DNA of 47,498 nucleotides, taken from positions 1 through 47,498 of the IMG/VR virus record IMGVR_UViG_3300037349_000242; one strand, given 5' to 3'. The stretch is from a virus. Its lineage: Duplodnaviria > Caudoviricetes. Shown here piece by piece: positions 24,740-34,500 of the stretch; position 1 is the stretch's first letter; every line of letters begins with the position of its first letter. Position numbers and translations under genes: made by a program. The notes under the pieces are model-generated. The model saw nothing but the letters and a program-made list of their open reading frames with translations. It was not told the origin of the DNA and ran no database searches.

Positions 24740-27700
24740 ATGGCGCCGGTTTCCCAGATAAAGCCGACCTATTCCGGCGGGGAAATCTCGCCGGCGGTCT
24801 GGGGCCGGACCGATCTCGCCGCGTGGCACGCCAGCGCGTCCGTCATGCGGAACTGCTTCGTCAACTACCGCGGCCCGGCATCATCCCGCGCCGGCACGGC
24901 CTACGTCATCCAGTCTTCGACTCCCGCCAGCGCATCAAGTCTCCCGCCGCGCATCATCAAATTCCAGTTCTCGATCAGCCAGTCCTACATCCTCGAATTC
25001 GGCGTCGACGCGCTCAGCCGCTCCTACATGCGCGTCATCGCCAACGGCTCGGTCATCACCGAAACGCCGGTCGCGGTCAGCGCCATCTCGCAGGCCAATC
25101 CGTGCATCGTCACTATCCCGGGAAATACCGACGCTACAGGTGACTGGCTGTTCCTGTCGGGCTCGGGTCTGCCGCCACAGCTACAGGGCCGCACGGTTGT
25201 CTCCGGCCTGGTGAGCGGCAATAACGTCACGATCAATGATCTGTTCGGGAATCCGATTAACTCGCTGAATTTCGCGGCTTATACTGGCGGCGCAACGGCA
25301 GCCCGCATCTACACGACGTTTTCATCGCCGTATCAGCTCGCGGACCTTCCATATCTGAAAGTCGTGCAGTCCGCCGACGTCATGTCGCTGTGCTGCGTCA
25401 ATCAGGAAACCGGGACGGAATATCCTCCGATCGACCTTTCCCGTCTGGCGGCGAATAACTGGGACTTCACCGAAACCACGTTCGCTTCGGCGATCAACGC
25501 GCCGACGGGATGTACCGCGACTACCAGCGTTACCGGGAGCCCGGCGACCCAGTACGCCTATTGCGTGACTGCGGTCGACTCCGTGACCGGCGAAGAAAGC
25601 ATCGCTTCGAACGTCGCGTACATCACGAATTCCGACGACATCGCGGTTGTCGCGGGTTCGCACACGATCACGTGGAATCCTGTTGCCGGCGCGGCGAGCT
25701 ACAACGTCTATCAGGCGCCTCCGTCCTACGACACGCCGGTCCCGGTCGGATCGGCGTTCGGCTATCTCGGGACCACGACGGGCACACAGTTCGTCAACAC
25801 CAACATCCTTGCGGATTTTTCCACGACGCCGCCGCTCGCTCTTAATCCGTTCGCGCCGTCGCAGATTTTGTCGGTGGGGACGATTCCTTCGGCGGGGACG
25901 TTCGCCCAGGCAACCACGTCGGCAACGATCAACACCACGACGGGTTCCGGCGGCGTCATCATCCCGGTGGTCGTGGGAGGCATCGTTGTCGCGGCGATCG
26001 TGCAGAACGGGGGGCAGAATTACAACGGTGCGACCGACACCGTGACGTTCACGGATTCCGGCACGAGCGCAACCGTTACCGCCGGTCTCGACGTCGGTCC
26101 CGCGACCGGAAACTATCCGGCGGTCCCGAACTATTTCCAGAGCCGGCGGGTCTATGCGAACACGCTGAATAACCCCGACACCGTGTTTGCTTCGCAGACC
26201 GGCGCCTACACCAACATGGACCAGTCGTTTCCACCGGTCGATTCCGACGCCATCATCACCACGCCGTGGGGCCAGCAGGTCAACGGCATTTCGGCGATGC
26301 AGCCGATGCCCGGAGGGCTGATCCTCGGGACCGGGCTGGATGCGTGGCAGCTCTCGGGAGCGGGAGGCGCAGGATCAACATGGACACCGGCTTCGGAAAG
26401 CGCGCAGCCCCAGGAATCCAACGGCTTTTCGGCGACGCTGCCTCTGCTTCGCGTGAATTACGACATTCTGTACGTGCAGCAGAACGGCACGGTGGTCCGG
26501 GACCTGCAGTATAATTTCTTCGTCAACATCTACGCGGGCACGGACATTTCGCTTTTGTCGAGCCATCTGTTTGACGATTTCCAGATGGTCACATGGGCAT
26601 GGGCGAAAGTGCCGTGGAAAATCGTCTGGGCAACCCGAAGCGACGGCAAGTTTCTGTCGCTGACGTTCGACAAGGAAGAACAGCTCAAGGGCTGGGCGCG
26701 GCACGACACCAACGGGCTGGTTGCGGGAAACGAAGTCGCGACCGAACCTCCCGTCGATGCGCCGTATTTCATCGTCAAGCGGTTCATCGTCGGCGAAAAC
26801 CAGTGGGCTTATTACATCGAACGGATGGACAACCGGCTGTGGGAAGGCCCGGAAGACCCGTGGTGCGTCGATGCGGGACTGGCGCTCGAGATGCCGGAGC
26901 CTGCGGCCACGCTCACGGCCGCGGCTGCTGAGGGCCCGGGGACCATATCGGGAGGGTACCTTCCGAACGGCGGGCAGAACTACACGTCACCGTCGGCGCA
27001 GATCAACGATCCGGCGGGGACGGGATCGGGTGCGGACATTGCGTTCACGGTTGCCGGGGGCGTCATCACGGCTTTCACCATCGTCAGTCCGGGGCAGGAT
27101 TATTCGCCCGGCACGACGGTCGCGATCATGGACCAGACCGGCGCCGGCGCGACCTTCGTGCCGCTGGTGTCGCAGAACGTGCTGTTTTCGGCTTCGGCCG
27201 CGGTCTTCGCCAACAATAATCCGGGCGACGTGATCCGGATCGGCGGCGGGCAGGGCGTGGTGCAGCAGATCGTTTCGCCTTCGGAAGTTCTGGCTGCCAT
27301 CACGGTCCCGATCATCCAGACCATTCCGGATGATCCGAACAACCTTCCGGCACCTGCACCTTCAGGCGACTGGAGCATCAGCACGCCGGTTTCGCAGATC
27401 ACCAATCTCTATCACCTCGAGGGCATGCAGGTGACGGGACTGGCGGACGGAGCGGTCATTCCGCTGTCGACGGTGACGAACGGCACGGTCGCGCTGCAGA
27501 ACCCCGCGAGTTCGGTCAAAGTCGGGCTGCCGTTTATCGCCCAGTTGCAGGCGATGCCGGTCGAGATCGCGTCGGTGGGAACCATCCAGGGCGACCGGAA
27601 GCGGATTCAGAACGCCACGGTGCGGATGAAAGCCAGCCGCGGATTTCAGTTGTTCGCCAACCAGCCGGTTGCGGCGGCGCTGGATTTCCAGCGGGAGATT

Positions 27701-27934
27701 CCGTGGACCAACGGCGCGGATCTGCCGGACATTCCCAGTGTCAACGTGCCGGCGGCGGCGCTGCCGCTCTATACCGGCGACGCCTTTGCGCTGATCGATG
27801 ACGACTGGCAGTCGTGGGACGGATGGTCGGCTTCAATGGGAATGCTCGCGGCGCAGCAGCTTCAACCCCTTCCGATGGACATCCTCGCCCTGATCGGTCA
27901 GTTCAACGTCGGAGACAATAAGGCCGCAGGTTGA
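24740..27934 (+). CDS. Tail nozzle / tail tubular protein B-like with inserted beta domains
   Basis: SGGEISP...GRTDL, YILEFG, QSADVM, YP....FQSRRVYA, GWARHDT, YIERM, HLEG..V...ADG and VGLPF motifs. Confidence 0.9.
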   Translation: MAPVSQIKPTYSGGEISPAVWGRTDLAAWHASASVMRNCFVNYRGPASSRAGTAYVIQSSTPASASSLPPRIIKFQFSISQSYILEFGVDALSRSYMRVIANGSVITETPVAVSAISQANPCIVTIPGNTDATGDWLFLSGSGLPPQLQGRTVVSGLVSGNNVTINDLFGNPINSLNFAAYTGGATAARIYTTFSSPYQLADLPYLKVVQSADVMSLCCVNQETGTEYPPIDLSRLAANNWDFTETTFASAINAPTGCTATTSVTGSPATQYAYCVTAVDSVTGEESIASNVAYITNSDDIAVVAGSHTITWNPVAGAASYNVYQAPPSYDTPVPVGSAFGYLGTTTGTQFVNTNILADFSTTPPLALNPFAPSQILSVGTIPSAGTFAQATTSATINTTTGSGGVIIPVVVGGIVVAAIVQNGGQNYNGATDTVTFTDSGTSATVTAGLDVGPATGNYPAVPNYFQSRRVYANTLNNPDTVFASQTGAYTNMDQSFPPVDSDAIITTPWGQQVNGISAMQPMPGGLILGTGLDAWQLSGAGGAGSTWTPASESAQPQESNGFSATLPLLRVNYDILYVQQNGTVVRDLQYNFFVNIYAGTDISLLSSHLFDDFQMVTWAWAKVPWKIVWATRSDGKFLSLTFDKEEQLKGWARHDTNGLVAGNEVATEPPVDAPYFIVKRFIVGENQWAYYIERMDNRLWEGPEDPWCVDAGLALEMPEPAATLTAAAAEGPGTISGGYLPNGGQNYTSPSAQINDPAGTGSGADIAFTVAGGVITAFTIVSPGQDYSPGTTVAIMDQTGAGATFVPLVSQNVLFSASAAVFANNNPGDVIRIGGGQGVVQQIVSPSEVLAAITVPIIQTIPDDPNNLPAPAPSGDWSISTPVSQITNLYHLEGMQVTGLADGAVIPLSTVTNGTVALQNPASSVKVGLPFIAQLQAMPVEIASVGTIQGDRKRIQNATVRMKASRGFQLFANQPVAAALDFQREIPWTNGADLPDIPSVNVPAAALPLYTGDAFALIDDDWQSWDGWSASMGMLAAQQLQPLPMDILALIGQFNVGDNKAAG

Positions 27935-28392
27935 TGGCAGCCGAAATTGTGGTGCGGCCGTCCGTTGTGGCTGATGTGTATCGTCTGGCAGCCAGCCTCC
28001 GGGACTCCAACCGCGACGAGATTGTCGATCTCGGTCTCGATCCGCGGGTCGCGCTGCGGGCGAACTTCCGGATGGCGATGCTGCGGCGGACCTATCTGGT
28101 CGACGGCGAAGTCGCCGCGATGACGGGGCTTTGTGGGTCGCTTCTTGGCGACATCGGCTTTCCGTACCTGATGACGGCACCTCCGGTCGAGCGTGTTCCC
28201 GTGGCCTTTCTCAAGCTCGCCCGACGCGGCGTAGCCGACATGCTGGAGCACAAGATGCGGCTGGAGGGCTACGTGGCTGCCAACTATCGCTCCGGATGCC
28301 GGTTTCTGCAGGCGCTCGGATTCACGCTTGGCGACGCAAAGCCGTTCGGTGCTAAAGGCGCATTATTCCGTTCGTTCGTCATGGTGCGGTAA
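27934..28392 (+). CDS. Internal virion protein A-like (GNAT-like fold; T7 gp13 position)
   Basis: LRDSNRDEI, FLQALGF; directly after the nozzle gene. Confidence 0.75.
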   Translation: MAAEIVVRPSVVADVYRLAASLRDSNRDEIVDLGLDPRVALRANFRMAMLRRTYLVDGEVAAMTGLCGSLLGDIGFPYLMTAPPVERVPVAFLKLARRGVADMLEHKMRLEGYVAANYRSGCRFLQALGFTLGDAKPFGAKGALFRSFVMVR

Positions 28393-28974
28393 ATGGCCGA
28401 TCCGGTTTCGCTCGGATTACTGGCCGTTGGTCTTGTCGGGTCGGCTGTTGCGGCAGGCGGCGCGGCCGAAGCCGGACAGTCGCAGTCTGAAGCATCCGCG
28501 TATCAGGCACAGGTGGCTGCCAACAATGCCACGATCGCGCAGACCAATGCGCGGGAAGACATTCAGGCTGGCGAAACGGCTGCCACAAATCAGGGGCTGA
28601 AGACCAAGGCTGTCGTCGGAGCCGAAACGGCAAATCTTGGCGCGTCGGGCGTTGTCACGACTTCCGGTTCGGCTGCCAAAGTAACCACCGCGAGCAAGGA
28701 ACTCGGCTATCTCGACGCACTGACGCTGCGATCGAACGCGGCCAAACAGGCATACGGGCAGGAAGTCCAGGCGACGAGTGATACGGCGCAAAGCAGACTC
28801 GACACGATGCAATCCGGACAGGCCAGCGAAGCGGGTACCATCGGCGCGACCGGCACACTGCTGAGCGGTGTCTCGACGGTTGGGGCCAAATTCGCAGGGT
28901 TGCAGAACAGCAGCAGTCCGGGCGCTCCGACCAGTACGCCCTATGTTGCGACCAGCGATACAGCGATTTACTGA
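28393..28974 (+). CDS. Internal virion (ejection) protein B-like
   Basis: MADPVS followed by a Gly/Ala hydrophobic segment; YQAQVAANNA, GASGV...GSA, LDALTLRSNA...AYG. Confidence 0.8.
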   Translation: MADPVSLGLLAVGLVGSAVAAGGAAEAGQSQSEASAYQAQVAANNATIAQTNAREDIQAGETAATNQGLKTKAVVGAETANLGASGVVTTSGSAAKVTTASKELGYLDALTLRSNAAKQAYGQEVQATSDTAQSRLDTMQSGQASEAGTIGATGTLLSGVSTVGAKFAGLQNSSSPGAPTSTPYVATSDTAIY

Positions 28975-31202
28975 TGGCCGGACATCCGATTGCCTATAGC
29001 GCCTTTCCGGACATCAATCCGGCCGGTGCGCCGCAGAACGATTTTGAGCGGATAAACACTTCGCCGGATATGTTCGGCGGACTGATCGCACGTTCCGAAG
29101 AAACCCTCGGGCAGGGGATCGACAAAGCGGCGGACGCCGGTTTCGACATCGCGACGCAGCGCGCGAAACTCGACAACCAGGTCCACGGCAGCGAACTGCA
29201 TTCGTGGTTTTCCGATCAGGCCGGCGAGCTCATCAGCCAGTTTTCGCAGTTGCAGGGGAAGGCTGCGCTCGAACAGAAGAACGATTATTTCGCCAGGATC
29301 GATGCTTTGCAGAAACAGGCCGAAGACCAGGCCGGCAATCCGGAAATGAAGGCGATGGTCGCGGTCAATACCCGCCAGAGCGGGGATCGCCTCAAAGGCA
29401 TCATGACCAGCCATGCCGACCAGCAGCGGCAGGAGTGGTACACCAAAACCGCGAAGGACAACATCACGTCGGCGACCGGGACCGGCGGCCTGTTCGTGCT
29501 CAACAACCAGTACGGCGAACTCGACCAGCAGATGCGCACCATCGATCAGGAGGCGCATAATTATTTTGATCCGCAGGGCTATGACGCAGGCACTTTGAAA
29601 ACCGAAGTCTCGAAATACAAGGGATCGGCGGTCAAGAACTGGGTCGAGACCGCCGCAACCAACGACAAGGACCCGGACAATATCTCGCACGCGCTGCAGA
29701 TTTTCGAGCGCTATGCAGGCGACATCGATCCGGTGTCGCGTCTCGACATTCAGAAGTACGTCAACGCCAAAGCGCAGGCGCGCACCGTCAACCGGCTGGG
29801 CGATTATTACATCGGCGGGACAGTCGCGGGAATTACGCCGGGCTTCATTCACGAGATCAAACAGACCGAAGGCTACCGCGAAAAGCCGTACTGGGACGTG
29901 AAGCAGTGGAGCGTCGGCTACGGCACGCGCGCTTCGGGACCGAACGAAACGCCGGACCGGGCGGAACTCGAAGGCCGGTTTCAGGACGAAGTCACCAAGG
30001 CGGCGAACTTCGTCGACAGCATCAATCCGAAGCTCGATCCGGGTACGCGGGCGGCGATGACGTCGCTGACGTACAACGCCGGAGAAAAGTGGGCGAACGA
30101 CGCGCTCGGAAAAGCGATCAAAGACGGCGACATCAATCGCGCCCAGCAACTGTTCCTGCAATACAACCATGCGGGAGGTCAGGTCGATCAGGGACTGGTG
30201 CAGCGGCGAATGCGGGAAGCGGAATGGTTCGGGCGCAGCGATGCGGCCCAGCAGCCACGCCTGAATCCCGACGAAATCGTCGACCGCATCGCCAAAGACC
30301 CGCTGTTCCGCGACCGTCCCGAGTTGCAGCACGCGGTGATGCAGAACGTCATCCAGAAGGCATCGATGTTCCAGCGCGCCGATGCGCTGGAGCAGAAACA
30401 GATCAAGGAAAAGTCCGACGCGACCGAATGGGATTTCTTCAAGAAAATCCATACCGACGATCCGAACCTGACGCTGGGGGCGATCCTCAACAACCCGAAC
30501 CTGACCAAGGAAGCGGGCGAGCGTCTGACCAAAGAGTACGAGACGCGTGGCGGATCGACAAAGACCGATCACACCTACGGCCCGGGCTTTTACGATCTTT
30601 ACCGCAGGGTGCATCTGCCGCAGGGCGATCCGGACCGCATTACCGATCCGAACCAGCTTTATGCGCACGTCGGCCCTGCGGGCGATCTCACTGTCGGCGG
30701 CGTCGACAAGCTGCGCAGCGAAATCGATCTGCGGCGTTCCCCGGATGGCGTGGCCGAAAGCGAAATGCGGGCACAGTTTCTGAAGAACGCCCGCGCGCAG
30801 ATCACGGGCACGGACGAGGGTCTGCACATCCGCGACCCGAAGGGTGACGAACTCTATCTGAAGTTCATGGCGCAGGCCTGGCCGCTGTACGACAAGGAAC
30901 GCAAGGCCGGAAAATCGCCGGCGCAACTGCTCGATCCCGACAGCCCGGATTACGTCGGCAAGGTCATCGGCAACTTCAAGCGCCCGATGGATCAGTGGTT
31001 CAACGATACGATCCACGACAATCCGGCGGACAAGGCACCCAATGCAGCGGCGTTCGACGTGAGCAAAGTCAAGACCATCGACGATCTTGTCGCGGCTTAC
31101 CGCAGGGGCGACGTGAACAAACAGATGGCCGATGAGATCGCGATTGCGAACGGCTGGGGCAAGCGGAAGCCGGTCGCGCCGCAGATTCCGATGAGCCAGT
31201 AA
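28974..31202 (+). CDS. Internal virion (ejection) protein with an embedded lysozyme-like (GH24-like) domain at about 29840-30230
   Basis: IKQTEGYREKPYWD...SVGYG, SLTYNAG, QYNHAGG...GLVQRR..EAEWF inside a helical protein. Confidence 0.82.
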   Translation: MAGHPIAYSAFPDINPAGAPQNDFERINTSPDMFGGLIARSEETLGQGIDKAADAGFDIATQRAKLDNQVHGSELHSWFSDQAGELISQFSQLQGKAALEQKNDYFARIDALQKQAEDQAGNPEMKAMVAVNTRQSGDRLKGIMTSHADQQRQEWYTKTAKDNITSATGTGGLFVLNNQYGELDQQMRTIDQEAHNYFDPQGYDAGTLKTEVSKYKGSAVKNWVETAATNDKDPDNISHALQIFERYAGDIDPVSRLDIQKYVNAKAQARTVNRLGDYYIGGTVAGITPGFIHEIKQTEGYREKPYWDVKQWSVGYGTRASGPNETPDRAELEGRFQDEVTKAANFVDSINPKLDPGTRAAMTSLTYNAGEKWANDALGKAIKDGDINRAQQLFLQYNHAGGQVDQGLVQRRMREAEWFGRSDAAQQPRLNPDEIVDRIAKDPLFRDRPELQHAVMQNVIQKASMFQRADALEQKQIKEKSDATEWDFFKKIHTDDPNLTLGAILNNPNLTKEAGERLTKEYETRGGSTKTDHTYGPGFYDLYRRVHLPQGDPDRITDPNQLYAHVGPAGDLTVGGVDKLRSEIDLRRSPDGVAESEMRAQFLKNARAQITGTDEGLHIRDPKGDELYLKFMAQAWPLYDKERKAGKSPAQLLDPDSPDYVGKVIGNFKRPMDQWFNDTIHDNPADKAPNAAAFDVSKVKTIDDLVAAYRRGDVNKQMADEIAIANGWGKRKPVAPQIPMSQ

Positions 31203-31221
31203 AGCAGCGCGGGAGCAAATC

Positions 31222-31551
31222 ATGAGCCTACAAGAATCCGACAAAGCAGCCGCGGCGGTAGCGACCGCACCGCGGGTGTCACTTGCCGATATTGAAGCAT
31301 CGATCGGCGGTGTATTTCACATGACCGGAGACAAGGCGATCGGCGATGCGCCGCAAATGCCTTCGCTCGCTCTACTTTCCATCTGCATCATCGTGATGCG
31401 AAATGGTTTCACGATCATCGGCAAGAGCGCGCCTGCATCAGCGGCGAACTTCAATGCCGATCTTGGTCGCAGGCTCGCGTATGAGGATGCCGTCCGGCAA
31501 ATCTGGCCGCTGATGGGCTTCGCGCTGCGCGAAAGACTTGCGGCGGCGTAA
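31222..31551 (+). CDS. Phage Gp49/Gp66-family protein
   Basis: APRVSLADIE, ICIIVMRNGFTIIGKSA....NFNADLGRRLA...A..QIWPLMGF.L. Confidence 0.85.
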   Translation: MSLQESDKAAAAVATAPRVSLADIEASIGGVFHMTGDKAIGDAPQMPSLALLSICIIVMRNGFTIIGKSAPASAANFNADLGRRLAYEDAVRQIWPLMGFALRERLAAA

Positions 31552-31557
31552 CGATCA

Positions 31558-34500
31558 ATGCCCGATACCGAACCGCAGGACGTCGACGGCCTGTTCCCGC
31601 CGCACGAACAGGACGTGGATACGCTGTTTCCTCCCGAAGTGGAGCGGCAGCGCTACCGCGCGCAGCAGGGCGCGTCGCCGATTCAGGACCTGATCTTCGG
31701 GGATACGTCGGTCAATCCGGTCGCGCGCGTGCTGGATGCGTTCGGGCAGGGCGCAAAGCAGGGCTGGGGTGAGGGCGTGGGTGTCTCGCCGGAAACTGCC
31801 GAGTACCTGAAAAAAGCCGGTGTTTTCAACGACTATCAGAAAGGCCAATCGAGCATCATCAAGGCCGCAAACGAAGTGCTCATGCGCGCGGCAGCGGTGG
31901 CGCTCTACCGGGCTCCGTCGGCGCTGTTCGCTGGCGGCCAGGCTGCGGTCGCGCAAGCTGGCGAAGAGGCTGGCTATCCTGCTTTGGGGCGGGAAATCGC
32001 CGCCATCCCGGAAGCGTTTCCGGCCTTCGGTGCAGAGCACGGCAATCTGCGGCCGCTCGCGGAAGCGAGATCACTCGGCATCATCGGTCAGGGCGAAGCC
32101 GGCTGGAAAGGCACCGCACAGCGCCTCGACGAACGCGCCGAAGCCATCAGGCCGATGGTCGAAGAGCAGATGGATCATCCGCTGCCGGGCGCGCCGGAAC
32201 AGCCGACGGCCGCTGCGGCGCCGGTTGCTGCGCCGGAAGTTGTCCCGGCGCCGGGGCCCGACATTCACGCCGTGGCGCGCCAGATCGCGCCCGACACGTT
32301 CCAGGAATACGACGCGCTCGCCGCCCGCAAGGAAACCTTCCGGCGCTGGATCGACGATCTGCGGACCACGCGCGACCAGGACGCGCAGGCCAGTGCGCCG
32401 CATGCGGCGGAAATCGCGGAATTGCAGACGAAGCTTGCCGACGAAGACACCACGCCACGGCTCGCCAAGAAGTATCAGGCCCGGCTCGAACCGCTGCTCG
32501 AGGAACGCGACGCCTGGGTTGCGGAAAAGACCGCAGGCGACTCCCGCGACATGGCGAAAATCCGTGAGCGGTTGATGGAAACCGACTACCGGATGCGCGA
32601 TCTCGCACCGGACGTGAGCAAGGCGTATCGCGAGGCGCAGACGCGGATGCCGGAAGTGGCTGCGCCGGAACCGGGTGAGGCTGTTGCGCCCGCGGTCGCG
32701 GAAGCGCCGCGGGAAACGGCCGCTGCGCCTGTAGAGACGCCTGCCGCGGCCGCGCCGGAACCGCAGCCTGTTGCCGCCGAAGTCCCGAAGCCCGAACCCG
32801 TGCCAGAGCCTGCGCCTGCCGTCGCCGCCGCGCCCGAAGCGAAGCCTGCCGAACTGCCGCTGCCGTCAGTCACCGCGCCGTCGATCATGTCCGATGTGAC
32901 GCAAAAGCTGGTAGCAGCCGGCCGTCCGGCGGAAGAAGCCGAAGCCGCCGCCAATCTGGTCGGAGCGTACTGGGAAGCCCGCGCGGCACGGTTCAAGGGT
33001 GCCAAAGGTACGGCGCAGGAGATGTACGCGGCCCAAGGGCCGGAGATCAGGGCCGGGAAGGAGAAGAAGGCGCGCGAGCCGGAGTTTGCGCAAAAAGGAA
33101 AGACGCTGGAGCAATCAGTCGAAACGCCCGCATTCAAAGAATGGTTCGGCGACAGCAAAGTGGTCGATAGCAAAGGCCGGCCGCTGGTTGTTTATCATGG
33201 CATGAAGGGTGAACTGGAAGGCGCGGCATTTGATCCGGCGCGCATTGGCGAAACATGGCGTGCCGATGATCGCGGCTTTTTCTTCACTTCCGATCCAAAA
33301 CAGGCAAGCGAATACGCATCGGGTGATACGGTCGGGCTAAGCAGCACAGAGCCGGGCGCTGCGGTTGTACCTGCGTATGTTGCCCTCAAGAACCCCTTGA
33401 TTATCGATGACGCCTTCCTGAGATCGGAAGGTATGGCCCCGATCGGAAAGACCGAAGATGTCATTTCGTTCTGGGACAACTACCAGAAGCTGATTCACGA
33501 ATGGATGGACGAAAAGAAAAGCGACGGGGTGATCCTTGTAGACAACAGCTATAGGGTAAACGGCGAACCCGCACGCATGATTGTCGCCACAAAGTCCGAA
33601 CAAATAAAATCGGCTACCGGCAATCGCGGCACCTTCAATCCAAAGTCGCCGAACATTCTGGAGCAGGAAGCCAAAGGTCGCATCCGGCTTCGCGACGACG
33701 GTCGCGCCACGATCTCGCTCTTAAAGAATGCCGACGCCTCGACCTTCATCCACGAAACCGGCCACGAGTGGCTGGACCGGATGCTGCGGGACGCAAAGGA
33801 CGAACAGGCTCCGGAAGACCTCAAGGCGGACGCCGCAACGACGCTCAAATGGCTCGGGGCTGATTCGGCGGATGACCTCAAAACCCGGCATCACGAGAAA
33901 TTCGCCCGGGGCTTCGAAACCTACATGATGGAAGGCCGGGCACCCTCCCAGGCGCTTGCCTCCGTGTTCGCCAAATTCAAGGCGTGGCTGACCACGATCT
34001 ACCGGACCGTTGCGGCGCTGAAAGCCCCGATTTCTGACGATATTCGGGGGGTTTTCGACCGGCTGCTGGCCGAAAAGCCGGAACCCGTGGTGATTGCGCC
34101 GGAGCGGGAGTTGCCGAAGGCGTTTGATGACGCCCACGAGGCACTGGCGGAAGCCGCGCCTCCGGAAAAGGCTCACGAAGTTGCCAACACCATAGAGGGC
34201 CAGCGGGATTCCCTTGCGGCACAAAATCTGGTAGAACGCAACGATGCCCGACTTGCAGACACTGGAGCGGAAGCTGAAAGGCGTGCGCCAGGAGGTGCGG
34301 AACCTCCAGGTGATGGCAATGTCGGAGCAGTCCCCGGAGAAAGCGGAATTCATCCGGAGGCTGGAGCGGTCGGCGAGGGCGGAAGTGAAGCTGCGGCTCA
34401 AAGCGATCGAGCACCACAAAAGCCAGCAGAACCCGTAACCCCGCACGATCCGATCCCGCGCTCCGAAACGCGGCTGATCGACAAAGCCGGCAATATCCGC

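Noticed and set aside
214-31244. Long minus-strand ORFs (214-1926, 3905-5398, 9472-10554, 28968-31244)
   Set aside because: They are antisense shadows of strongly biased high-GC genes and contain no recognisable motifs.
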